DNA of 64,000 bases from a virus (lineage: Duplodnaviria; Caudoviricetes): positions 160,001 through 224,000 of the IMG/VR virus record IMGVR_UViG_3300031555_003590; one strand, written 5' to 3'. Shown in pieces: positions 49,001 to 57,803 of this stretch. The position numbers and the translations under genes were made by a program. The notes beneath the pieces are model-generated. The model searched no databases, was not told where the DNA came from, and worked only from the letters and a program-made list of their open reading frames with translations. The stretch's first letter is position 1. Every line of letters starts with the position of its first letter.

Positions 49001-51977
49001 AATAAATAATATTATTTGTATCTCCTTTTAATACTGCACCAGCATTATTAGGATATTGATCTTGATCAAAATGAACATCATCCATTCTCCAGATTAAATC
49101 AGTATAACTAGGAACTTCTTCATCCCAAGTAGGATTATGATACCCAATACCACCATTTGTTTCAAGTTCACCAGATATAATAAAATCTTTACCTACAGGA
49201 ATTTCTAATGGTACATTAGAAACATCTTTAATTGCAATGAATGGAGGAAGTGTTTCAATTGTATAATTTTGAGAATAATCTTCACCAGGACTAGGTCCAA
49301 GACCAAATGGAACTTTTAAAGTGATATTAATTTTACCAGGGTCATATGGGAATAAATAATTTTCTTCTCTAGCCCAATCAAAGAAATCACTTATAGCTTT
49401 ATGGCTAAATGTAGTTTTGGCAGGATTAAAGATAATGCTATCTGCTCCACCATATTCTTGAGCTCTAGAAGATCTCCACTGTAATGTTGGTGCAGAAGCA
49501 TTCCAAGGATATACCACAGATTGATCAAGTAAAACTGGATAATGACAACGCAATGGTTTAGGAAGTTTAAGTTCAACATTTGTAATAGGAACATAAACGT
49601 CTTTTGCTGCAGGAGGAATAATTTTAATACCTGCAGTTATACTGAAATCCTTTCCTTCATTATATCCATCAACAATAGTCAGTTTCATAACAACTAAAGG
49701 TTCCATATCAGAAGTCATGTTATGAGGATCGATTTGAATAGTATTATTAGAAGAATCAAATATAGCATTTGCAACACTAGCATCAATCATTTCCATAATA
49801 ACAGTAGTTTTAGTTGCATTAGATGGTGTTACTGTTGTACTTAAAGTAATAGGAGCACCATTAGTTGTATTTGGATCATATTCAGTAGGATTAAGTTCAA
49901 TATTTTCAACTGGAACCCATGCAGCTTCAACTTTAAAAGTGAAACTTTTAACAAAATTTTGTGAAGAACCTTTACCATTTAAAACTGTTGCAGTTAATGT
50001 AAATTCACCAGTTCCAGTAAAACTAATTACTCCATCATTAATAGCAGCACCTGTAGATCCTGGAGATGAAATATTAAAAATAATATCACGATTATCAGCA
50101 TCATCAGGTGAAACTTTACCAGATAGAATAATAGTATTATCTGCTCTAATAGTAGATGGAAAATTTACTAAAGTAATATCAGTTACAGGAACAAATGCTT
50201 TTGCAATAGTAACAACAAATTCTTTACTAAAATCAAGATTTGGAGAAATACCTTTAGCTACTGTAGCTTTAAGTTTTAAAGTACCAGCTGCTTCAGCTAA
50301 TAATTTATTTCCACTACTAATAGTAGCACCTGTACTACCTGCATCAATAATAGACCATGTAATAGTTTTAGCCGATGCAGTTGATGGTGAAACTGTACCA
50401 GTTAAAGTAGAAGTAACACCAGCAGTTGCATTTGTTAATAATCCAGTAATATCAGTTACTGATACATATGTTGGTACATTAATATCAATTGTATCTTCAT
50501 ATAAACCATCTATAGTAGTAGCAGTAATAGTAACATCACCTTCATGAATTGAAAGAGCATTACCATTTTCATCAATCTGAATTACATTAGAATCACTGGA
50601 TTTCCAAACTACTTTTGGTTTAGTTGCATTAGTAGGAGTAATACTAATATCAAATTTTTGTTCACTACCAAGTATCATAGAACTAATATTAGGTGTAATG
50701 GTAATTGATTTTAATTCAATATTAACAGTTACTTGAGACATAGTAGTTCGTACAGTAGTTGCACCAGGACTACTAACTTCACAATAGTAATAGTAAACTC
50801 CTGCTTCAATATTTGAAGGAATTTCATAAGTAGCTTTATTTCCATTAGCAACAGCAATAGCCCCGCTAAAAGAATTAACATGATTGCGATACCATTTATA
50901 TGATATGATACCATTATCCGATTTTGCACTAACATAAATAGATTGATCAATAGAACCGTGTACTAGTGCAACCTGCTCAGTAGGTTGTGCTATAATGCTA
51001 ATTGTATTTGGTTTTGCATAGATACTGAAGTCTTTACTAAAATTACCTCCTTCTTCACTAGCTCCACCAACAACAGTACCACGTAGTACAATATCACCAG
51101 TAGTATTAGCTGTTAAACTATCTCCATTAATTGTTGCATCTCCAGATACAATAGTCCATGTAATACCTTGTACAGTTGAATCAGTAGGAAATACAGTACA
51201 AGGAGATAGATCAACTTTAAGACCTGCAGTTATAGTTTCAGGAACATTAAGAATATCAGTTACTGGGACAAATTCAGGCTCTATAACAATTATTTTGATA
51301 TTAAAACTAGCATTAGCACTACGATAAACAATTATACATGGAGAGTTAGATGGATAAGGAGTTTCCATATCAAATTTAATTACTGCATTATCACTATTAG
51401 TAGCAACAACTTCAGGATTTTTAAGATTGATAATAGAACCATCGCCCATTCTAGCTCCCCAATGATCATCTCCTGCTGAAATAGTAAATTCAATATCAGC
51501 AAGTTGTAAAGGAAATGGAATAGTGGCAATTAAACGATCAACTAATCCATTTTCATATTTACCACCGTTATATCCTTCAGTAGTAAATGCAAAATGACCA
51601 CTTAATGTATTTTCACTAAATGGTCTTTCATCTCCTGTATGCTCTTTGATATTAAATGTTGCAGTATCACTTCTATATACAAGAGTACAAGGAGAATTAG
51701 CGGCATATGCTGTAGCCATATCAAATTCAACGATACTATTATCGCGATTCTGATATAATACTTTAGGATTGGAAAGGGGGATGATAGAACCATCCCCCAT
51801 TTGAGCACCCCAATCCTCGGCACCGCTAGAAATTATAAAATCTACATCAACATTTTGAAGTTGATATACTATAGAAAAAATGCATTTCTTAACACTACCG
51901 GTTGAATCACTTTTAATTCCATCTAAACCGTCTAGTGTAAATCCATAATAACCGGTACGTTGATTAATCAGTGCCAT
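46020..51977 (-). CDS. giant adhesin-like tail fibre / receptor-binding protein (Ig-like repeats, LRR cap, DUF285-like repeats), 1985 aa
   Basis: ATG 51977 after AGGAGGTGA; recurring FVPVTDI..P.NAT.K...W Ig-like units; 26-aa repeats LRNFLMGCTNFNQSITIP near C-terminus. Confidence 0.75.
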   Translation of the reverse strand: MALINQRTGYYGFTLDGLDGIKSDSTGSVKKCIFSIVYQLQNVDVDFIISSGAEDWGAQMGDGSIIPLSNPKVLYQNRDNSIVEFDMATAYAANSPCTLVYRSDTATFNIKEHTGDERPFSENTLSGHFAFTTEGYNGGKYENGLVDRLIATIPFPLQLADIEFTISAGDDHWGARMGDGSIINLKNPEVVATNSDNAVIKFDMETPYPSNSPCIIVYRSANASFNIKIIVIEPEFVPVTDILNVPETITAGLKVDLSPCTVFPTDSTVQGITWTIVSGDATINGDSLTANTTGDIVLRGTVVGGASEEGGNFSKDFSIYAKPNTISIIAQPTEQVALVHGSIDQSIYVSAKSDNGIISYKWYRNHVNSFSGAIAVANGNKATYEIPSNIEAGVYYYYCEVSSPGATTVRTTMSQVTVNIELKSITITPNISSMILGSEQKFDISITPTNATKPKVVWKSSDSNVIQIDENGNALSIHEGDVTITATTIDGLYEDTIDINVPTYVSVTDITGLLTNATAGVTSTLTGTVSPSTASAKTITWSIIDAGSTGATISSGNKLLAEAAGTLKLKATVAKGISPNLDFSKEFVVTIAKAFVPVTDITLVNFPSTIRADNTIILSGKVSPDDADNRDIIFNISSPGSTGAAINDGVISFTGTGEFTLTATVLNGKGSSQNFVKSFTFKVEAAWVPVENIELNPTEYDPNTTNGAPITLSTTVTPSNATKTTVIMEMIDASVANAIFDSSNNTIQIDPHNMTSDMEPLVVMKLTIVDGYNEGKDFSITAGIKIIPPAAKDVYVPITNVELKLPKPLRCHYPVLLDQSVVYPWNASAPTLQWRSSRAQEYGGADSIIFNPAKTTFSHKAISDFFDWAREENYLFPYDPGKINITLKVPFGLGPSPGEDYSQNYTIETLPPFIAIKDVSNVPLEIPVGKDFIISGELETNGGIGYHNPTWDEEVPSYTDLIWRMDDVHFDQDQYPNNAGAVLKGDTNNIIYCDHPGEFTIQASVQNGQGDAIDWYDLSQAGDSYTKLFTIRAIAQDTTYTNPILTLTLNTGANVKVYSMADLNNLCTDLPSDSTITIDGTTFRKDQITAVEFWTESTHEDNTVPVTDITLSNDKIETYEFIEPEIEKSSFADVTPSDNQDGCISIDADNSFYGMHFLPNNIFMHSDGTLIRYNNSDEEDLILNLKYADTIFTVDPKLIQFPDTFIRYDNSLVEIPIGTILDTNGDLIVPTGEEILVIIDESGTISGVIKKAKEYSEIIIPKVILGILVTGISDNAFAECVNLTTIKYTGTEEEWNNITIGTIGNDPLTNANIIFDYDPEIDYTHGEILYRITTHGIVIDYKNDIVLLPDTTTIKNGTSIKLPDEYTYNIDSGITELGTNQDGDVNINLPYGAYIDSSNQICILSDITFNIDEISSLEVLEEVNSIATVRNYIRLPNGYVLFEDGTIFTSDNKLIDVYGREIDNTKYLNLSEITTITPTNTTNKTIIWDATEIPDGTKLLNIPTSDASSTYLILAGNNSGYMILDATINDGFGINSDYNKKLLISVGDTSDYESKIYAINMDAVSKTIYKDYSSTSVNFNISLLGTDDSIVNDSIDNIEWSVSGATDEGFLFFSGTQITPSDDKLSAELYIGMNESVGNTLTVTVTCGNISNSCEIILVDAYNEDEPHISSLRNFGRNFINLTSLNHIPTTVHGDDCLRNFLMGCTNFNQSITIPDSVGGDRCLKYFMRNCTSFNSNVIIPENIYGSNCLHGFLYGCTSFNKPIKIPDVVTGDGCLERFLMCCKSFNQSITIPEGISGKACLRNFMTECHAFNKPIKIPDNITGDNSMDLFMRDCNSMVSNVTINKQAAINVGTNGQTFSTVYSASDMFTNGVPIIGTGARIFMRKASNYIVAPPYRKLTTTEPEDSEYTITINQIDGVTVESDLDAAFEADLITLTATITDSTITGINFSTDDFNVIINSTDVDNIYEFRMGSKNLIINITAVR

Positions 51978-51995
51978 ATTGGTACTCACCTCCTA

Positions 51996-54900
51996 TTAGA
52001 CTTCTTTAACATTAATCCATGCTTTATTAGTACGATATACTAGTTGGCAAGGAGAGTTTGCAGGGTATGGAGTTTCCATAATAAATTGTACGATTGCATT
52101 TGTATTAGTGATTTCAATGATAGTAGGATCGGATAAACGAATATAACTACCATCGCCCATACGTGCTGCCCAAGCTCCTTCAACTTCAGAAATAGTAACT
52201 TCAACATTACCAGACTTAGGAGTATAATTTATATTAAACCATACAGTATTTACTTGTCCATTTTCATCTGATACAGTTGAAACTCCATCAGAATTATTTA
52301 CAGTTGTACCACTATGACCAGATAGCTGATTAATTACCATTTCAGCAGTATCATCATCGCTACCATCACCAGTTGCAGGTTTACCAGGACCAATGTTAAT
52401 ACCATCAGGACCACCAATACCAGTTCCAGGTACAGGATTAATTAATCTCCAATATGTTCCATCAAAGGTAAACATATGAGTATGATTTTTACCAAGCATA
52501 CCAGTTGTTAGAGGGGCTCCTGCAAATAAAATTACTGCAGCACCAGTATCATTGACATTTAAAGTAGTATCAAGTTCACCACTACGATCTTCATTAGCAA
52601 ATGTAATTGCAACAGTAGTACCAATTTGTCTCATGAATACTACAGGATCCATATATGTAGAACGTAGAGTTGCAACCTTATTTGGATTACCACTTGCAGT
52701 GGCAGATTCACCATTACTTACACCAACTAAATTTCTACGTACCCATTCAGATGAAACAAATGCATTAGAATTATCATCATCTGGTAAAGTATGGGTACCA
52801 GAAGGATTCTCTAATCTCCAATTATTACCATCAAAGGTAAATGTGTAAGTATGATTTGCTTTAATCATACCATTTATAATTGGTTTACCACCATAAATAA
52901 TCATTGCATTACCGCTACCATGTACATTCATATACACATTTTCAGTAGCAAGATCATCTTCAGCGAAATTAACTACTACAGTACTACCAGTTTGTCTCAT
53001 GAATACTGGATTTTCCATAAAGTCAGATCTTAAAGTTACTACTTTAATATTATTAGCACTTTCAGTTTCACAATCACCAAATTGAACACCAACTGCATTT
53101 CGTCTAATCCATGCAGTAGTTGCAATGCGATTATCATTAGAATTATCAGGGGCAATTACAGCTCTAGGTTCTCCAGTTAATTCAGTAATATCATGAGTAG
53201 TATCAGGGAAATGAACAGGAGCACGAGTTTCATCAGTTGGATGTCTATGATCACCTCTAGCATATGTACCATCATCAGTGCCACGGAATACAGTTCCATC
53301 CATTAAAGGATCAATATCAGCTGCTTTAGTATGACCAAATAGACTAATAGTGGCTCTACCAAAAGTAGATGCAGAAGGTGAAGTATGAACTCTAGGTGCT
53401 TTAGTTAGCTCTAGCATACGACCCATATTCGCGGATAATGCAGCTAAAGAATTAGTAGATTCAAGATTATCAATAACATCTACAGATTCAAGGTCATTAA
53501 TAATCTCCATAATATCATTTACATCAACTTTATTCTGATTTAAAATTCTACCCATATTTGCAGATAGGGGTCTATCAGTTTCATAAGAAATTAAATTATC
53601 AACTACTTGTTTTCTTACAAATTCAGTAGTTGCAATACGAGTAGATTTATCAGTAACAGGTTGAGTAGTAGTAGTTGGAGAACCCGGTAAATTGGTAGAA
53701 GGTTTAATTTCATCTTCACTAATAGTACCAGGAAGAACAGATGCTTTGATACTATTATCATCAAGAACTTCAACTTGAACATTTTTACTCATACTACCAG
53801 TATAAACTTTAATCATAGAACTAATATCAATTCTATTTTCATTTCCATCAGGTAGTAGAATTACTAATTCACCTTCATTGGCATCAAAGGTAATATTTTT
53901 AAATACTTCAGTAATTGGAATTTGAATAGATTTTTCAGTACCATTTTTATATATGAAAGTAAGAGTAGTAGTTGAATCATTCCATTCAACATCATCAACA
54001 AAGTTGATTAAAGTAATATCACCTGTAACAGTACCAATTTTATCTAATAGATCATCTAATGCTTCCTGTACAGCGTTAGAAATAGGCTTATCCATATCAG
54101 AAGTATTATTAACATTTCCTAATCCAATTTGCTGAGCAGTAACATTATGAGGATTATAGAAATTCTGAGTATGATCAGTAAATGTGGCTACTGGAACTGC
54201 ACCAATTTGAGTAGCAGTAGTTCTATGAGGATTACTATAATCATTAATATGTTCATATAGATCTTCTTTAATTGAATCTATACCACCATTACCAGTAATC
54301 TTTTCAAGAATTTCAGTAACATTATCATTTACAATTTCAAATTGACGAGTGGCTGCTCTTTGAGTAATAAAACCATCTTCATTATCTCCAAGCTCATTAT
54401 ACCATTCAGGACGTCCTTTAATCATATCCCAACTGACAATTCCGGAAGGTAAACCATCTCCGCCAATAATTAAATCTCCAAGTACATCCATAATACCACG
54501 CCAAGTAGTATCATAATTGGAGTCTGTCATTTTAACTAAAACTTCACCAGTTAAACCACCAATTGGAACTCCTTGGCCATTAGTACCATCAAAATAGTCA
54601 ACCCCTTTAATTGGAGTATAACCATCTTTTCCTTTAATAATATAAGGACCAGGTGCAGTAGTTTCTTTAGATTTAACCCATGAAAGTTCACCAGTAGTTT
54701 CATCAAATACTGGACGCCACATCATATCACTATTACTAGAACCAGTATCAGTGTCTCCACTATTATCATTATTACCACCAGCAAATAGACCAGTAAATCT
54801 ACCCTGTACCCAAACATACATTGCAGTATCAGGATATCTAATTACTAAATCTCCTACTTTCATTGCTTGGAAACCAACCTCTTGCCAAACCATACCAGGA

Positions 54901-55769
54901 CGTTTAACATAAATAATACAATCCTGACTTTCATTATTTTGATAATCAGTTGCAGGTTTCAAAGCAAAATAAGTAATATCATCATTTTCAACAGTTGGTA
55001 ATACATCTCCATATTGAAGTACATAATTAGGATTCCAGTTAGTAGCATGATATTCAACTAACTCAGCTTTACTTTGTCTATCATCCCAATATATATTTAA
55101 ATAATTAAAGAAAGATTCTCTAAGATTAGTAAACATATCATCAATTTCTTGACGACTATATGTACCAACTTGATGTGCAGTAGTATGATGAGGATTATTT
55201 AAATCATAAATATGATCATCAACAGTTTTCTGATCAGCTTTATTATTCCATTTACCACGTTCTACTTCAGTAATATGCATTGCAGTATTACTAATATGAG
55301 AATGCAATGTACTCATTGGAGCCATAGAATTCCAACGGCTGCGTTCAACATCAGTTACATGAATAGAATTATCATTAACATGAGTACTAAACTGAGACAT
55401 TGGAACTTTTGTATCTAGAGCATCACCAATTGCTCTTTCGCTTACAACTTTTTGATGTGAACGTACAGTAGGATCAGAATTAATAGATTTCAATACTTCC
55501 ATTGATCCTACAGTACCTCGTACACCAGTCCAAGTCATAAGTTGATTAGGAACACCAGGTTCAATTGTAGATTGTTTTTCATTAATTAAACGATAAATAC
55601 TTTCCAATTCATCGAGTAGATTAGTGGATTCATCATCCATATTTCTCTTAATAGCTTCATATACGGAAATAGGATATGAATAATCATAATCATAATCAGG
55701 AATTGGGGTTGGATTTGGGTCATGCCAAATTCGAGATTGAATAATTCTTTTATCCTTTAGCTGTCCCAT
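51996..55769 (-). CDS. long tail fibre protein
   Basis: H..D..NPH..TA.Q.G repeats, GLGNVNNTSDMDKPIS, LSANMGR x2, RIATT..VR repeats, collagen-like GKDGYTP. Confidence 0.8.
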   Translation of the reverse strand: MGQLKDKRIIQSRIWHDPNPTPIPDYDYDYSYPISVYEAIKRNMDDESTNLLDELESIYRLINEKQSTIEPGVPNQLMTWTGVRGTVGSMEVLKSINSDPTVRSHQKVVSERAIGDALDTKVPMSQFSTHVNDNSIHVTDVERSRWNSMAPMSTLHSHISNTAMHITEVERGKWNNKADQKTVDDHIYDLNNPHHTTAHQVGTYSRQEIDDMFTNLRESFFNYLNIYWDDRQSKAELVEYHATNWNPNYVLQYGDVLPTVENDDITYFALKPATDYQNNESQDCIIYVKRPGMVWQEVGFQAMKVGDLVIRYPDTAMYVWVQGRFTGLFAGGNNDNSGDTDTGSSNSDMMWRPVFDETTGELSWVKSKETTAPGPYIIKGKDGYTPIKGVDYFDGTNGQGVPIGGLTGEVLVKMTDSNYDTTWRGIMDVLGDLIIGGDGLPSGIVSWDMIKGRPEWYNELGDNEDGFITQRAATRQFEIVNDNVTEILEKITGNGGIDSIKEDLYEHINDYSNPHRTTATQIGAVPVATFTDHTQNFYNPHNVTAQQIGLGNVNNTSDMDKPISNAVQEALDDLLDKIGTVTGDITLINFVDDVEWNDSTTTLTFIYKNGTEKSIQIPITEVFKNITFDANEGELVILLPDGNENRIDISSMIKVYTGSMSKNVQVEVLDDNSIKASVLPGTISEDEIKPSTNLPGSPTTTTQPVTDKSTRIATTEFVRKQVVDNLISYETDRPLSANMGRILNQNKVDVNDIMEIINDLESVDVIDNLESTNSLAALSANMGRMLELTKAPRVHTSPSASTFGRATISLFGHTKAADIDPLMDGTVFRGTDDGTYARGDHRHPTDETRAPVHFPDTTHDITELTGEPRAVIAPDNSNDNRIATTAWIRRNAVGVQFGDCETESANNIKVVTLRSDFMENPVFMRQTGSTVVVNFAEDDLATENVYMNVHGSGNAMIIYGGKPIINGMIKANHTYTFTFDGNNWRLENPSGTHTLPDDDNSNAFVSSEWVRRNLVGVSNGESATASGNPNKVATLRSTYMDPVVFMRQIGTTVAITFANEDRSGELDTTLNVNDTGAAVILFAGAPLTTGMLGKNHTHMFTFDGTYWRLINPVPGTGIGGPDGINIGPGKPATGDGSDDDTAEMVINQLSGHSGTTVNNSDGVSTVSDENGQVNTVWFNINYTPKSGNVEVTISEVEGAWAARMGDGSYIRLSDPTIIEITNTNAIVQFIMETPYPANSPCQLVYRTNKAWINVKEV

Positions 55770-55840
55770 AACTTTATATCACTCCTTTACTTAAAATTAA
55801 CTTTAATGATTTTATATAGATTTTATTAGGAGGTTCTAAT

Positions 55841-57760
55841 ATGGATGTTAGTGTAGGTGATAGAGTACAAATCCGAGATGGTGGAATAGATGTTACTAAT
55901 GGAAATAAAGCTAGATCAGGAAGATATTATGGTGAAGGTGGTCCATTGTGGGCAACAGTTGATGCAATCGTTGAAGATTGGTATACTGGCGGACTTTTTG
56001 GACTTCCTACTAGAGTTACAAAAGTTAGATGCTCTAATAGCGGTGTAGTTGTTTGGCAAGTACAACCAGAAGATATTGTAGGCCAAGTTATTAAAGCATC
56101 AGAACCTGAAATTGTTCAACGTACATTTCCTGAACGAACTTATAGAATTCTTCCAACATTTGAAGGTTATGAAGATCTTACTGTAAGAACCTCAGTATCA
56201 AGTTCTGATATTAATGTTAATCATAATGAAAAGCCATATGTTATGACATCAGATCAATATGACTGGGGTAATGGTGTTTCTCCAGAAACTATTATTACTG
56301 GAGAATTTCCAGAAACATTTAAACCATCTACAAAATTAATTAATGACCGATCTTTTACAACACAAGGAAATTATAGTTATGAAAATAGAGGTACCAGAAC
56401 TCTAAGAAAATTAAATAGTAAAGAAAAGGCTAGTATAGGTACCAATAATATCAAAATCGATGATACAATTAAACCTTTAAAACAACAAACAGCATGGCAA
56501 AATTCTTCTAAGAAAAGACAAATGTTGAATAATGATATTGAAAATATTCAAAATAATCATTCATTTCCAGCTCTTTCTAAACCATCTAGTGGATTACTTT
56601 CATCAAAATATGATTATCAAATAATATTAGATGATTATAGATATAAAAAGAATTCAACCAAAAGTCTTGAAGATAGTTTAATGGAAGCTAGAGCTTCTCT
56701 TGGTATACCTGTTCATGGAAGTAATAATATTGCTAAAGCAATGAAATATTATATGTATAATAGATTTAAAGTTCCTGATACTAATCTTGCACATAATAAA
56801 TCTGTAACATATGTATTTTTTACTAGACCAGATTTAAATATTTTAACTAAAGAAGAAGGTAAAAACACATATGTTGCAACTAATCAAGTTATAAATCATA
56901 GTGAGTCATCATTAATATGGAAACGTAATCCAGAATTATTTAAACTTTTAACTGACTATAGAAGATGTGATGATGAAAATAATTTTAATATGTTGCTGTC
57001 TAACCAAGTTCAATCATTTGATATTAAAGATGAAGAAATTAGTACTGTCAAAGATGGTTCATCTTGGAATGAATATGAGATGGTTTATGGTGATGCATAT
57101 ACCGGTAGAGCTGCTGGTACATTTAGCTGTGATTTTGTAGAAACATCTGATTATTCAATTATCAACTTAATCAAATTGTGGATCACTTATATTGATAATG
57201 TTGCTAGAGGTGCATGGAGTCCTTCATATAAATTAAAAGATCTAGCTGATAATAAACCAAATTTAGGTATGAGTCATGTATTTACAAAAACTCTTGATTA
57301 TGCATCATCTGCATATGTTTTTAAATGTGGCCCAGATGGAGAAACTGTACTCTATTGGTCTAAATATTATGGAGTATTTCCTACAAATACTGGTGCTAGT
57401 GCATTAAGATGGGATATATCCACACCTATTGGAGATGTTCCTAGATTAAATATTACATTTAATTATTCATTTAAAAAAGATTTATCTCCAATTTCATTAT
57501 TAGAATTTAATCATATTGCAAATATAACTGATAAAGATGTAATATCTGAAGATTCATTTAATCCTAAATATGGTCATTCCTCAAGACCATATGTTGGTGC
57601 TCCATTTATTCAAATGAAACTAAATCAAAATCCAACAGTAAGTGGAAATGGTGTAGATTATAATCGTAATGAATCTTATATTAAATTAAAATTCCGTAAT
57701 ACTGGTGATAGTAGATTAGAAGATAGAATACTATATAGAGCATCATTAGATAGATTATAA
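55841..57760 (+). CDS. virion structural protein (tail tube / baseplate-related)
   Basis: YVFFTRPDLNI and YYGVFPTN...LNITFNY tube-like motifs; upstream of wedge gene. Confidence 0.5.
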   Translation: MDVSVGDRVQIRDGGIDVTNGNKARSGRYYGEGGPLWATVDAIVEDWYTGGLFGLPTRVTKVRCSNSGVVVWQVQPEDIVGQVIKASEPEIVQRTFPERTYRILPTFEGYEDLTVRTSVSSSDINVNHNEKPYVMTSDQYDWGNGVSPETIITGEFPETFKPSTKLINDRSFTTQGNYSYENRGTRTLRKLNSKEKASIGTNNIKIDDTIKPLKQQTAWQNSSKKRQMLNNDIENIQNNHSFPALSKPSSGLLSSKYDYQIILDDYRYKKNSTKSLEDSLMEARASLGIPVHGSNNIAKAMKYYMYNRFKVPDTNLAHNKSVTYVFFTRPDLNILTKEEGKNTYVATNQVINHSESSLIWKRNPELFKLLTDYRRCDDENNFNMLLSNQVQSFDIKDEEISTVKDGSSWNEYEMVYGDAYTGRAAGTFSCDFVETSDYSIINLIKLWITYIDNVARGAWSPSYKLKDLADNKPNLGMSHVFTKTLDYASSAYVFKCGPDGETVLYWSKYYGVFPTNTGASALRWDISTPIGDVPRLNITFNYSFKKDLSPISLLEFNHIANITDKDVISEDSFNPKYGHSSRPYVGAPFIQMKLNQNPTVSGNGVDYNRNESYIKLKFRNTGDSRLEDRILYRASLDRL

Positions 57761-57803
57761 AATATCATATTATACAACTCATATGAAAGAAAGGAGTTGA
57801 TGC

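Noticed and set aside
51987-51998. Stop-codon readthrough fusing the two fibre genes
   Set aside because: In frame, but there are two consecutive stops (TAA TAG) and a strong RBS for the downstream ATG.
46054-55418. Short plus-strand or alternate-frame ORFs inside the fibre genes (e.g. 49939..50547, 48070..48381, 52552..52848)
   Set aside because: Antisense or shadow frames of long coding genes, without RBS or motifs.
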